A DNA stretch of 64,000 bases from Octopus vulgaris. Its lineage: Eukaryota. Both the position numbers and the translations under genes were made by a program. The notes under the pieces were generated by a model. The model saw only the letters and a list, made by a program, of their open reading frames with translations, was not told where the DNA came from and did no database searches. Position 1 is the stretch's first letter. The number at the start of each line of letters is the position of its first letter. The stretch is from the NCBI GenBank assembly GCA_951406725.2, contig OX597829.1:12276001-12340000 (forward strand), read 5' to 3'. Below are positions 13,917 to 27,714 of the stretch, in pieces.

Positions 13917-14314
13917 GTTGAAAATGCAGTGAGATTAGTTCAAAATTTTTCTAATTATATTTAAAGATTTAACCTGTTTCACAATTTACACTGATTTTCA
14001 AAAGTTGAGATAGAAAGAATTGGGTTATGCTACAACTGTCTTGCTTGTGACCTCTATTTGAAGCTTGTCCTATTTGTATGGATAGTGCATAACTCGAATA
14101 AGTTAATGCTTTGGATAGTCCTATCCTAAACGTTAACTAGTTTGAGCCATGTACTCCCGATAAAAATAGGACAAGCTTCAAACAGTAGTCAGAATCAATT
14201 GTGACATAAGCTACGTCTTTCTATTTCAACTATTTAAAAATCAGTGTAAACTTCTAACCCGGTTAAATCTTTAAGTATATTAAGTTTTTGAATTATTTTC
14301 TGTGCATTTTCAAC
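13917..14314. mobile_element. Fold-back (MITE-like) unit with ~155-bp imperfect inverted arms
   Basis: gttgaaaatgca...tttgaagcttgtcctattt versus aaataggacaagcttcaaa...tgcattttcaac. Confidence 0.75.
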
Positions 14315-14325
14315 ATCTTATATTA

Positions 14326-14356
<31 letters not shown>

Positions 14357-14707
14357 TTGCATGTGTGCGTGCGCGCGCGCGTGCGTGCGTGTGTGTGTAT
14401 GTATATCTTTTATCGTTTACTTGTGTCATTTCAATGCGGCAATACTGGAGCACGGCTTTGAATGTTTTTTCAATCGAACTACACCACGCCTTATTTTTTA
14501 AAGCCTACTACTTATTCTAACAGTCCGTTTGACCGAACCGAGAAGTTACACGGACGAAAGCACAACATAACACTGGTTGTCAAGCGATGGTGAAAGGACA
14601 AACACAGACACAGAGATGCACACATACATAGGTATATACATATAAGTGTATATATATATATATATATATATGTTAATAATAATAAGGGTAAAATTAATTA
14701 ATTAATT

Positions 14708-14789
<82 letters not shown>

Positions 14790-17700
14790 CACCGTGATCA
14801 CCCTGACCGACCAGTCCGTAGGCGTCCATTTGACATCGCTAGTCACAGCACGCTGTCCACTCCTCTCTGGATCGCGCCTTCCTCATCCACGTGATCCCAA
14901 TCGTCCTCCTGAAATCGTAACTCCACCGTCGTGGAGGTCTTCCGGGTAGTCTTTTACGCTCGCGCGGGTACCACTCGACAACTGCGTGGGTCCACCGATT
15001 ATCAGTGAGCCGGGCGACATGTCCAGCCCATCTATACTTGCTGCGAGTATACTCTGCGATGACATCTCTCACGCCGGACTTCTTTCTGATGATCTCGCTG
15101 CTGATGTGCTCTCTCAACGAGATACCAAGCATTGACCTTTCCATGGCTCTTTGAGCGGTTACCAGTCTTTGCTCTTCTCTCTTTGTGGTAGCCCATGTTT
15201 CACTACCATATAGCATTGCAGGCAGAACTGCACTGTTAATGAGGTTGGCGCGGGTGGTCCTGTCCAACCTTCCCTTGAGCACATCCCTTATGCCATTAAA
15301 CGCCTTCCATCCGGCCCTTACTCTCCGTGATATCTCCTTTTCGATATCTCGGCACATATTTACTTCCTGTCCCAGGTAGACATATTCCCTTACCTCCTCT
15401 ATTTCATCACTGCCGATCACCATTCGACCTGTTGGTGCGTTGTCTGACCGCATGAACATTGTTTTCATGCGGTTCATCTTGAGACCCACTGCAGAGCTTT
15501 TGATGTCGAGCTCCGTCAGCATAGTCTGAAGCTGATCCGTGTCTTCAGCGATGAGTAAGTACGACGCCGTCAGCGAAACGGAGGTGGGTGAGGAGCTTGC
15601 CAGTCGATGCCTCTGATGATCTGTTCGAGACATATAGTGAAAAGTTTTGGGGAGATTGTATCTCCTTGCTTCACTCCCTTCTAAACCGGCACTCGTATGG
15701 GTGATGACAGTAGAGTTATGTCGGTTGTGCATCCGGAATTTGCCTATCTGAGCAGCTGCATATATTGCACTTCGACTCCTTGCCTCTGCAGCGAGTTCAG
15801 CACTGCGCTGGTTTCGACGCTATCGAAGGCCTTCTCATAATCTATAAACGCAACGCAAAGAGGCAGCTTGTACTCATTTGCTCGCTCAAACAGTTGCGTT
15901 AGAGCAAATATATGGTCCATCGTGCTGTAGTCCTTCCGGAAGCCTGCTTGTTCCCTCGGTTGTTGTTCGTCGAGACGACGTGATAACCTGTTCAGAATTA
16001 TCTTCGCGAACAGTTTGTACACGTGAGACAGCAGGCATATGGGTCGGTAGTTCTTTAGATCTTCTCTGTCACCCTTCTTATACAGCAGGATGGTATTTGA
16101 CTCTTTCCACTGCGAGGGGATTCTTCCCTCGTCTAGATAGTGCGTAAATCGCCTAGCGAGGATTCTCCAGAGCTGGTCTCTGCCTGACTTTAGCACCTCC
16201 GATGTTATACCGTCTTTTCCTGGAGCCTTTCCGTTTTTCATCGAGCCGATGGCTCTTTCAACCTCACTGACAAGGATAGGTGGCACGTTTTCTTCCTGTT
16301 GGAGTGGTGGTAACGGCTGGACATTTCTGGTAGACTTAAAGAGCTTGGTGTAGATGTCTTCGCAAACTTTTTCCATCTCGCTCTTCTCGTTGACCGGTAT
16401 TCCATCTGTATTTTTCAGGGCCGTCACCTCCGATCTATATAGTAACATGTCCCTCTTGCATTTCTTGAGGCTCTTCTTTTCCTCTGCGGCCTTCAAGAGC
16501 TTCTCCATCCGGTATGCCTCAAAGTCTTTTTTTCTAGTTGCTGACGAATCACTCTGCTGAGAATGGAATATTCAAGGTGATCTTCAATAGTCCTCTTCAT
16601 ATTTTTCCTCTTCTCGAGTAACTTCGTAGTTTCTTCCGAGAATCTTCCCTTCTTTTCTCTTGGGCATACTCATTTAGCCTTCCTTAAACACTCCTTCAGT
16701 TTCCCTATCAGTGAGTTGTAGTCATCGTCTATGTCGTCTCCTTGGCACCAGTCTTCCTGCAGCTTTGCCTCGTTGAAGACTCGGACACGTTTCCCCCTCG
16801 ACGCTAAATATAACGCCATCTTCTCCCTCTTCCCGTCGATAACGACCCTCGCCCTTACCAGACGATGATCGCTGCCGGTGTTGAATGGTGTCACGGCGGA
16901 GACGTCATGTAATATGCGTCGCTTATCAACCAGGATGTAGTCGATCTCGCTTCGGTGCTTAGAGTTCGGTGATATCCAGGTCCATCTCTTCCTCTCCCTC
17001 TTCCTGAATAGGTTGTTTCCGATGTAGAGCTGCCTCGCCTCTGCCATGGTAACCAAACGTTCTCCTTTCTCGTTTCTCTCTCCCATGCCGAGTCTCCCGA
17101 CGTACTCCTCTCCTTGTCGTCCATGACCAACCTTTGCGTTGAAGTCTCCTATCACGACAGTGTAAGTGGACTTCATAGCCAGCCCTTTGTCTAGTTGTCG
17201 ATAGAATTCTTCCACCTCGTCGTCGTCGCTGGCACTTGTGGGAGCATAGGTCTGGACAATCTTGAGAGTGGCCTTCCCTGAGAGGTTCACATTTAGTACA
17301 CCAATCCATGATGATATGAAGTGGCAAGAAGCGACCCTCGAAGCCCATTCCTTACTTACGATAAAACCGATACCTTCGACCGATCTAGCACCTTCTGCTC
17401 TCCCTAATCTCACAGTGCATCCATCTTGCAATTGTATCCTCGCTTCCTTCTTTCAGCGTGTCTCGCACAGCCCTAACACGTCGCACCTGATCTTCTTCCT
17501 CTCCTCCATTAGGTGGTTCAGTTCTTGCCACCCTGCCATGGACCTGCAGTTGTAGGTGCATATGGCAAGTTTAGTCCTGTTCCATGACGGCCCACGGGAA
17601 CCTGTGATTCTTAGCAGCCTCTCGTCGCTCGAGTTGCACTCCGCCGTCATGGAGTGGCCCGATTGACGTGCAGGGTACTGAGGCCCTTTTCCTTTTCTCT

Positions 17701-17806
17701 TCGTTCTTCGTGCTGTTTTAGCCATAAGATGACGCCATCCCACTGGCTGGGCGGGCAGGTCGGAATTTTGTTGGATGGCCGTTGACTATTCAGGAGTTCA
17801 TCCGCC
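14790..17806 (-). mobile_element. Near full-length RTE-clade LINE (APE endonuclease plus RT), disabled
   Basis: ICTYNCRS, DVLGLCETR, YAPTS, IGDFNAKVG, EIDYIL, GSDHRLV; GKAPGKDGI, NYRPICLL, EQAGFR, FIDYEKAFDSV, KGVKQGDTISPKLF, HLRFADG, YVYLGQ, WAGHVAR, GRPPRRW; (TA)n on both sides. Confidence 0.96.
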
Positions 17807-17807
17807 C

Positions 17808-17839
<32 letters not shown>

Positions 17840-18011
17840 TACAACGGGCTTCTTTCGGTTTCCGTCTAAAGATCCACTCACTCTGGTCGGACCGAGGCTA
17901 TAGTGGAAGACACTTGCTCAAGATGCCACACGTTTGAATTGAAGCCGGAATCATTTGATGAGGAAGCAAAATACTTACCACACAACCATACCTGCGCATA
18001 TATGTATATAT

Positions 18012-18056
<45 letters not shown>

Positions 18057-18059
18057 ATA

Positions 18060-18812
18060 AGAGAAATAATATAAAAGATTATAAACCTGGAAAAGTGCAG
18101 GACAAGTTTTTACTAAGAGGTTTACCTAAAATATTCAAATATAAGATTTCAAATAAAATATTTAGATTTAGACAATTTTTGCTTTCATCAAAACTAAAAA
18201 AATTATTATAAATTATTACTACTATTTGTTATTGTTATTTCTATTAAAAATAAAAACTAACTCAAATTATTTTTTGCACTTTAAAAAATTCATTTTTTAA
18301 TTATTAATTAATAATTAGAAATTTGAAAATATATTATAAGAAATATTAGCACATATTTAGTTAGTACAATAAATAGATTAATACAAAAATTAGTTATATA
18401 TTACAGTAAAATCCACCTATAACAATTAATTCACAATAAAATTTGCTTGAGTTATTGCCTAAGTTATTGTCGAGTCGTCACATTCTTAGTGTTGACCCAA
18501 TGTCTATTTTTTACCTAATATAATATTCCACTTTGCATAAAACTTTAGTTATATTGGTACTTATGGCTCTCTTTTAAGTATTCTAGTGTGTCAATATTTT
18601 AACAAAATGATGCTACCTTTTTTTGATGTTACATTGTGAATTAAAATCAAATAATTTTTAACATTCAAATTTTATCCTTGGCTGTATTATTTTAGGTAAA
18701 AATTTTCTTGTTCTGTACTTTACCAGATATTATAAGTTGTCCTGAACCATTCCAAGTATAATAACTTATCCTGTACTTTTCCAGGCTTATAATCTTTTGT
18801 ATTATTTCCCTT
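18060..18812. mobile_element. AT-rich unit with ~46-bp terminal inverted repeats
   Basis: gaaataatataaaagattataaacctggaaaagtgcaggacaagtt versus aacttatcctgtacttttccaggcttataatcttttgtattatttc. Confidence 0.65.
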
Positions 18813-19637
18813 GCTCGCATTTTCCTTGTAATCCATGTTATTTTCCAGGCTATACTATTATACGAATTAATAATGTGTGAATTAATAATTTAAGATTTTA
18901 CTTTATTCAAAATTGAATAATAAATTTAATAAATTTCTAAATAATATTTTAATTTTTTGATATAAATGACGTTATTAAACTAATTGCAACTTAGCGTTGT
19001 CGATGAAAGTTTTTATCTTATTCCAATGATGCTGGTGACATATTAAAAGTCCCCTTAGAACTACATTCATAAAAAAGTATACAACTATATTATCACCCTC
19101 AAATTTTAGAAACAAACACTCATAACTTTTCTTTTAAAACTTCATTGCATGAAATTGATACCATGAATTACCTCGAATTGAGTTCTGTCATTTAAGCTTA
19201 ATTAATATATAGTTTGTTTAAATTTAAAAAGTTAATTATACTTACAAGCAATTTTTTGCCATACTTATATTTTTTTCACGATATTTTACCTCACAAATTT
19301 TTGTTGCATGGGACCAAAACTATGAAATTCGTCATGCCTTCTTCTATCATTGAAGCTAAGATAAATATATTTTGCTTTCAAAATTAAAAAAGAAAAGAGT
19401 TATTTAGATCTAAATTACAGGCATTACTTATTTTCCTATAACGTTGCTACAAATTTTGATGTAAACTGTTTTCTATTGCACCAAATTTCAATTTTCTTAT
19501 GTCAAAATGTAGCTAAGGACGAGTCCTCCTCAAAAATGTTAACAGTTTTCAATTTGGTTGCATCTGCAACAAAGCACTGCAGATGCTACGTGTAAATTGC
19601 GGCCTAAATATATTATTCAACTACTAACGCAGTTCAA

Positions 19638-19716
<79 letters not shown>

Positions 19717-20084
19717 ATTGTGCGTGTGTGTTTGTGTGTGTATGTGTGTGTGTGTGTGTGTGTTTGATATGTATGTATTCTTATTTTAGAACAAATTGTA
19801 AAGACTTCAGTTTTTAATTACTCAACGTCCATATGTTTCAAAAGCAACGCTTGTCGGATTCAAGAAATATGGCAGCTAACTTTCATAATTGCAAGAAACC
19901 AGCTGTTGTTCTGCTAATTTTTGAGACAAAGAAAGACTTATTGTGCACCACAGTCTATTCTGTTTAATAAGAGCCAACAGATGTAATGTAAGAAACACTC
20001 TTAATATATAATTATGAATTGTAGATAAAAATTTCAGTCGCTGTGTGGTAAGGAGTTTGCTTCCCAATTACATGGTTGCGGGTA

Positions 20085-20945
20085 CGTATGTATGTATGTG
20101 AAGATTTGTATGTATGCATGTATGTATGTATGTATGTATGTATGTATGTATGTATGTATGTATGTATGTATGTATGTATGTATGTATGTATGTATGTATG
20201 TGAAGATTTGAATGTATGTATGCATGCATGTATGTATGAGTGTATGTGTGTATGTGTGTATGTATGTATGTATGTATGTGAAGATTTGTATGATTTATGT
20301 ATGTATGTATGCATGCATGCATGCATGTATGTATGTATGTGTGTATGTATGTATGTGTGTATGTGTGTATGTATGTATGTATGTATGTATGTATGTATGT
20401 ATGTATGTATGTGAAGATTTGAATGTATGTATGCATGTATGTATGTATGTATGAATGTATGTATGTATGTGTGTATGTGTGTATGTGTGTATGTATGTAT
20501 GTATGTATGTATGTATGTTTTATGTATGTATGTATGCATGCATGTATGTATGTATGTATGTATGTGTGTGTGTATGTATGTATGTATGTATGTATGTATG
20601 CGTGCATGTATGTATGCATGTATTTATGTGTGTGTGTATGTATGTATGTGTGTATGTATGTATGTATGTATGTATGTATGTATGTATGTATGTATGTATG
20701 TATGTATGTATGTATGTATGTATGTATGTATGTATGTATGTATGTGTGTATGTATGTATGTATGTGTGTGTATGTATGTATATATGTATGCGTGCATGTA
20801 TGTATGTATGTATTTATGTGTGTGTGTGTATGTATGTATGTATGTATGTTTGTATGTGTGTGTGTATGTATGTATGTGTGTGTGTTTGTATGTATGTATG
20901 TGTGTGTGTATGTATGTATGTATATGTGTGTGTATGTATGTATGT
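20085..20945. repeat. (TGTA)n array with interspersed gtgaagattt motif
   Basis: Direct reading. Confidence 0.95.
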
Positions 20946-21990
20946 GAAGATTTGTATGTTTTATTTATGTATTCTCATGCTTATAGTTATATATCTAGAC
21001 AGGCTCATATATATTTAAATGATAAGTTTCTGGAAAATTTTACAGATTTTTACAGTTCCAGTGATGGATTGGATCTCTAGTCGTGAAATTAGCCTTCTCA
21101 TTTGTGATTTTGAGAAGCACAATTTCTCAAAATTGGTATTCAGGCAGTGTATTACATATCCCAGGGCCCCAATTATTACAGGTATAATCTGGATTGAGTA
21201 ACTCCAGATTTCTCAATAGTTCAGCATAGGTGTTTTCTTTTTCATTGATCTTCAGTTTTATGTCACATTCGATGGGCAGCTAATTTCCACAACTGTGCAT
21301 AGTTTCTCTACCCCAAATCATTATATCAGGTCTGTTTTGCTTACATGTTATTGAGGTCTTCGCTGGTACATTCCACCAGTATTCCATTTCATTATGAGTG
21401 GCTATGGCTTCTACTATATTGTGGGTTCTTATTTCTTCGTCTTGTCTCATCAGTAGATAATACCGTGATAATATTTTTGGACAACTGCTTATGATGTGGG
21501 GGGATATCTTCAGAGTGAACTCCACAAATTCGGCAGTGATTGTTATATTTTACGGCTTTACCTGCATCTCTATCCATTTTGTGCATCAGGTACTTGGTTG
21601 ATATTTCCTGTTCCTGGATTGCATACGCAAAGTGGGAGGTAATAATCCAGCTATTGGTCCATGATAAACTGCTTTGATGATCGATGTTCCTATCATCACA
21701 GAGCTTTCTACTACCACATCCATCCATAGTCTTTTGCTCATATAGGCTCATCCTTTCAGCTAATGATATGTTGCGGTAGATTTATGCGATTTCTTTGGTC
21801 ATGTATTCTAGGTTATCAGAAAAAGAGTGTTGCTCAAGGATCTGCCTTTCAAGTCTTATGATGTTATCAGCTTCATGCATGCAAACTTGGTCAAGGGATG
21901 CACTTCGACACTTGGTGGTTAAAAGATGTTGCTGAAGGGATATGATGCGACATTCAAAGACATCTTGGATCGATGTTAAGCCTCTGCCGC
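20945..21990 (-). mobile_element. R4/Dong-like RLE LINE 3' fragment
   Basis: AYAIQEQEISTK, CRICGVHSEDI..HIISSCPK, WWNVPAKTSITCKQNRPDIMIW, IIPVIIGALG. Confidence 0.85.
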
Positions 21991-22088
21991 CTTACTTACG
22001 TTTTAGGTAGAGCTGGTCTACATCACTATTACTGTTTGTGTAGAAATGATGTGTGCTTGTTAGTATTTTTCGGGTTTTCACATCATGC

Positions 22089-22091
<3 letters not shown>

Positions 22092-22121
<30 letters not shown>

Positions 22122-22265
22122 TGTATGTATGTATGTATGTATGTATGTATGTATGTATGTATGTATGTATGTATGTATGTATGTATGTATGTATGTATGT
22201 ATGTATGTATGTATGTATGTATGCATGTATGTATGTATGAATGTATGCGTGTGTGTATGTATGTA
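22092..22265. repeat. (TATG)n microsatellite
   Basis: Direct reading. Confidence 0.95.
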
Positions 22266-22837
22266 TTCAAGATCGACCTCCTACTCGATAGCAAGGTTAT
22301 GAAGGAAAGTGTCTTGTTTTAAACATCACTTTTAAATCTTTAGGAGGTCTTGCATATTTTTATAGTCCCAGATATCTGGATGTAGCGTATGGATTAAAGA
22401 TTTGCATTCTTTTTCTATTGTTAATAGAATTTAGCAACGGGGAGGTGTGTGCGTGTGTGTATGTGTGTATGTATGAATGTATGTATGTTTACATGCATGC
22501 ATGTTCGCATCTATGTATGTATGCATGAATGTGCATGTAATTATGTATGCATGCATGTATGTATATGTGTGTATTTCATGAACAAAAGGTTGTGAATGCA
22601 GCATTGGAAACTGTTCGTTGATTTAATATTTGTCATAAAAAAGACCTTCAGGCTGAGATTTCTCTGCAGAACGATAAAAAGTCGTAAAAAAATAAGCTAG
22701 TAGAATTACAAACCTCATCATTTAGCAATAATGAGCAATCCTAACAGCACACGTAAATACTTTATATCCTTTGCTGATTGTTGAAAGTTAGATATATCAT
22801 ATATGCACGATGTATTTATATCGAAGATGTGAAAGAC

Positions 22838-23085
22838 CGTGGCTTAGTGGTTAGGCTGAAGGTCGCGAGTTCGATGCTCGGCGGTGCTTTGTGTCATTGA
22901 GCCAGATACTTTATTTCATGTTGCTCCAGTCAGCTAGCAAAAATGAGTAGTACCTGTAAATTCGAAGGGCCAGCTTTGGAACATTCTGTGTCACGCTGAA
23001 TCTCCCTGAGAAGATATTAAGGGTACTCGTGTCTGTGGAGTGCTCAGCCTCCTCTAAGTTAATTTCACGATCAAGCTGTTCCGTT
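22838..23085 (+). mobile_element. tRNA-derived SINE
   Basis: A box tggcttagtgg, B-box-like gagttcgatgc, then core-like ttgtgtcattgagc...aaatgagtagtacctg. Confidence 0.7.
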
Positions 23086-23299
23086 TGTATTTTGTGTTGT
23101 GTGTATTCTCTTTATGAATTTTTATGAATAATTTTATGTGTATTATGTGCATTGCAATTTTTTTCTTTTTATTTGTATTATGTATTTTTTATTTGTATTA
23201 TGTATATATGTATTTATATTTTTTATCTTGTGCAGTGTATATGATGTTGTGTATTTATTATTACTAACCTTGTGGTTATTGATGTGTGTCCATGTGTGT

Positions 23300-25905
23300 G
23301 TCGGTGTGAATGCATGTAATCCCCCTACGATAGGTGGATAGTAGCTCTTTAATCTTGGATGACAAACTATCTCGGAGAATGATACTCCGAAATTCAACCT
23401 GCAGTCTCAAAGAGCATCCATTGATGAGGATTTATTCTTCTTTATGGGACTGGGTGAGTGCAAGCTCTCTCCTCACTTTAAAAAGTTTCTGGCACGGGTA
23501 TAGCTTGAGCAAATTTTGCTGAAGTTACACGAGCTCAATGAATGGGGCTGGTCGTAGCTCCCAAAAAGGCTTAAATACAATTATGAGATCCATAAACTAT
23601 GAAAATGTAAATGGCAAAAAGGGCTTGGGATCCAGAGGTGAACAGATCTGGCCCGACAGGTTCTCCAGGGTATTGCAGCCTGGTCTCGGTCGCCATTCTG
23701 CGCGCAGCAACAACAGAAAAAGTTCTATTATTAGATTCAGAATTAAATAAAAGATACCCAGAGAGATGGTCTGCTCTTATTGGAAAGGAGACGCAAAAAT
23801 ATGTAATGGAGATTGTAGCATTATCACAGATTAGATTTTTGGGGCAAGGTAACTTTACTGAGAAATCCAGTGGCTACACATTTTATTGGAGTGGGAAAGA
23901 AGAAAAAGAAAATTGCAAACAAAATAAGTGGTGTTGTATTTGCTCTGAAAACCTCCTTGGTTTATAAGTTAGAAGAATTGCCACTAGTGTAAATGATAGA
24001 ATGATATTGCTGAGGTTGCCTTTAAAAAAAGGTCGTTATGTAACACTATATAGTGTTTATGCACTAACTATGAATGTAAGTGAAAATGAAAAGCTTTCCT
24101 TTTATCATGGGCTGAAAGAAAATATCCGCAAAATTCCACACTAGGATAAGATTATCATATTGGGCAATTTTAATGCTAGAGTTGGTAAAGATCGAGAGAC
24201 ATGGGGTGTGAGTAGAAGACATGGAGTGGAAAATTGTAACAGCAATGGCTTATTTTTGTTACAGATGTGTTCTGAGCTGAATCTATTTATTATGACCACT
24301 GCTTTTCAGCAAAATGATAAGTTCGAGACTAGATGCAATGGCAAGTGATAGACTATATGATAACTAGAAAGCGAGGTAAGAGAGATTTCTGTATAGTGCG
24401 GGTCATGCGGGGAGCAGAATGTTGGACAGATCATCGCTTGGTTTGCAGGAAGATCAAATTTGTAGTGAAGCCAAACAGTAGACAAAGTGACACTGGCATC
24501 TCTAAAACGTTTGAATGTGAATCTCTTTAAGGATATAACAGTTAGAGTAAAATTTCTGCAGAAAATCGAAAATTTGGATTGGACAGATGAGTGGATGGAT
24601 TTCAGAGGATAACTATGCAGTTTAGGTAAAGAAGCATGGGAGCAAAAAAGAAGAAACATCAAGATTGGTTTGATGAAAGTGGTGGAAATATTCAACACTT
24701 GTTGGAAGAAAAACGAAAGGCATTGAATTCATTATTAGCAAAATATATTCTGACCAAAATATAGCTTTTTTCAAAGAGATAAAAGCAGCTGTGCAAAGAA
24801 ACATTCGAAGCATGCAGGATACTTAGTGGCGGAAGAAAGCAGAAGAGATAGAGGCTGCTTCCAATAATAAGAACACTAAGTTATTATATACTCTCTTCCG
24901 TTATTATATACTCACTGGTGTTTTATTGAGGGAGTCCAAAGACATCTTAAAACGATGGTAGGAACATTTCAATGAACTCATCGGTTGTTGATGAAAAAAG
25001 TATTGATATCATTCCACAGAATGCATCCAGGGAGTGCTTAGATGACACCCCGTCGATGGAGGAAGCAATAAAAGCAGTATCAGAACTGAACAATGACAAA
25101 GCACCGAACGTTGATAGTCTGAATGTAGAACTGCTTGCTAGATATGCTGACAGCAGTAATACAGAAGATATGGAAAAAGGAAGTTATGCCAAAATACTGG
25201 AAGGATGAGGCCATGGAAATTGTATTCAGACGTAAGGGAAAAAAGGATGTATGCAATAACTTTCGCGGTACTTGCCTCCTTACTACAACCGGCAAAGTTT
25301 TATCACGAATAATGTTGGACTTGCTGCAGATATATGTGGTTAATGAGTGGATTCAAAAAAGTTACGGGTACTGTTGACATGATCATCTCTTCACGGCAGT
25401 TACAAGAATAGCGTGTGGAACAGCAAATAGGACTTTATCAGGTATTCATTGATCTTACTAAGGCTTTTGACTCTGTCAATCGAACTGCCTTGTAGAAGAT
25501 CTTGAGGAGACTTGGATGTCCGGTAAAGTTTCTCACTTTTCTGAAGCAGTTTCATGATGGCATGGGAGTAAGGATCAACATTGTGTGGAAGGCTTTCGGA
25601 GTCTTTCTCTGTTATAAATGGGTAAATGGGGTAAAACAAGGTGGCATACTAGCACCCACTCTCTTCACTCTTTATTTTACTATAGTTTTTCCATTGGCTT
25701 TCAAATGCTCTTATGAAGGCATATATATCAGATATCTCGCAAGAGGAAAAACCTTTAATATTAGAAGGCTGTCAGCTAAGTCAAGGACGTCCTCAACTCT
25801 TATTAAATTGCAAACGATTGTGATATTGTCACTCATACTGAGGAGAACATGCAAAATCTTATGAATGTAATTTCAATGGGTTGTGCTTGACTCACTTGAA
25901 TCCTG
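23300..25905 (+). mobile_element. Highly decayed RTE/BovB-like LINE (APE plus RT)
   Basis: IVALSQIRFLGQG..GYTFYWSG, LGNFNARVG, VIDYMITR, CWTDHRLV, KAPNVD, CNNFRGTCLL, FIDLTKAFDSV, NGVKQGGILAPTLF. Confidence 0.9.
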
Positions 25906-25909
25906 AACT

Positions 25910-25940
<31 letters not shown>

Positions 25941-25949
25941 ATATATATG

Positions 25950-25983
<34 letters not shown>

Positions 25984-26193
25984 TATATTTGAGTAGTTGA
26001 ATGAATTATCTTATTAAGGATAATTCGAATTAACCGATACCTGGGTAGCAAATTCACATCAGAAAAAGCACGGTTGAAGTTACATGCCTAGGGCATAGAT
26101 TACGTGCTTTCGTGTGGAATATTGTATGTTTATTTAAAAAATATAAATATATGAAAGAATGGAGCTGAACGACGAATTAACAAAATTCCTTTA

Positions 26194-26276
26194 TTTTCGA
26201 TATATGTTTCGAAGGCTGCATATTCCTAATTGCGAAAGAATAAGGAGTACATTATGCCGCTTTCTCATCAGGAAAA
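26194..26276 (-). ncRNA. Hammerhead ribozyme with long stem II and one stem III mismatch
   Basis: Minus strand: ttttc-CTGATGA-GAAAGCGGCATA...TATGCAGCCTTC-GAAAC-ATAT-ATC-gaaaa. Confidence 0.65.
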
Positions 26277-26850
26277 GCAAGGAACTTATGTCAACATCAA
26301 AATGCACAAAAAACTTTTAGATGATTGCTCACACGGAGCCCATAGCGATAATGGGTGTCTCTTAAAATATTCCTTTATAAGGAGTGACGTCAAAATGGTT
26401 GGATGTAGAAGGTTCTAAAGGTTCGAGGGTTCAAACGAAGTTGGAGGAGAGAGGCATAAGAATAGGAAGGTGAAAGGGTGTGGTCATATGAATGGTGGAT
26501 TTTCTTAATTTCTTTTGTAAAAGAGTGCCTGTGTGTGTGACTGTATATAACTGCATTAATGTGTGTGTGTGTGCGTGATTGTGTATGTGGATGGGTAGAT
26601 GTCAGAAAACAGACTGTGAGAGGTTTGTGTCTGTGTGTTTGATTGTGCTTACTATAGAAAGAGGGAAATAGAGAGAGAAAGAGAGAGAAAAAGAGGAGGG
26701 CGAGGTAGAGGGACTAAGGCAACACATACCTCACTGGATTGGGTAGTAGTTCTTTAAAAGTATAAAAAATTTTTTTATGACTATGGAGGTGACATATATA
26801 AAAAAAGAAGTTATATTAATTAAAATTCAAGGGGTTATCTATATTAATCA

Positions 26851-27714
26851 TTATTCATATGAGTGAAAGGTGTGTTTTTGCCAGTGCATGCACCTGTAGG
26901 ACCTCTCGACGATTGTATTTATTAAAGGGACTTTGGCGAACAAAATATGAAAAAGTTCGGAATTACAGATGCCACAAAGTTTTCTGCCCTTATCAAACGG
27001 AAAGGACACCAACAATATGGACCATTCCAGCTTGAAAGTTGTATTGCCGTCCTTCAGACGCCAAACTAATTTACTTAGTCCCGTGCTGTGTTGTTTTCTC
27101 TTATTTCGGAAAGTTGAATAATGATTGGAGATCCTTTGGGCTAATTTAGAAGAAGTTGCTCCAATGTAGAAGAAGACATCGGTTCCAGAAGAAATTTTGC
27201 ACTGGTAAATGGTGTTTCTAATTTTGGAATTTTTGGATAAGAACTTTAATCTTTTGGGGTTAACTTCCGATATTAAGACAGAGTTTTTATTGTTATGATA
27301 GGTGTAAATATTGTTGCTAGCATTGGCCACGATACTATTCATCTTATTATCATTACTATTAATTGTAATATCGTCGGCAATTTCTCTGACTATAGGAATG
27401 CTGTGATTGTTATCATCAATAATACAACTGTTATTAGAAATGCTGTTACTATTACCACTAACAGCACCACTGTTAATAATCCGGCTAATGTTATTATCAT
27501 TATTACTATTGTTAACGCCAATGCTGCAATGAATGTTGCTAATATCAATACTATTTCTATTATTATTATTATTATTGTATGTTAGGTTGGAATTGGAAAG
27601 GGCAGTGTCACTACTCCTGGGTGATGAGTCCTTATTTAGCAGCTTATTATTATGGGAGGCAATTATCTGCGATAGATTTCTAGTGTTGGAGAATGCAATC
27701 CTCACCTTATGCAA
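26851..27714 (-). pseudogene. PLE ORF C-terminal part: thumb end, Asn-rich linker and GIY-YIG endonuclease (287 aa open)
   Basis: NTIYQCKIS..FFYIGAT..RISNHYSTFR..STGLSKLVWRLK..WSIL..CGICNSE..CMH. Confidence 0.8.

Noticed and set aside
15560-15745. Apparent foreign N-terminus or insert in RTE ORF 14839-15732
   Set aside because: Other frames give KGVKQGDTISPKLF and HLRFADG, so it is frameshifted RT and not an insert
22838-22885. tRNA gene
   Set aside because: A/B boxes only with no complete cloverleaf, continuing into a SINE body
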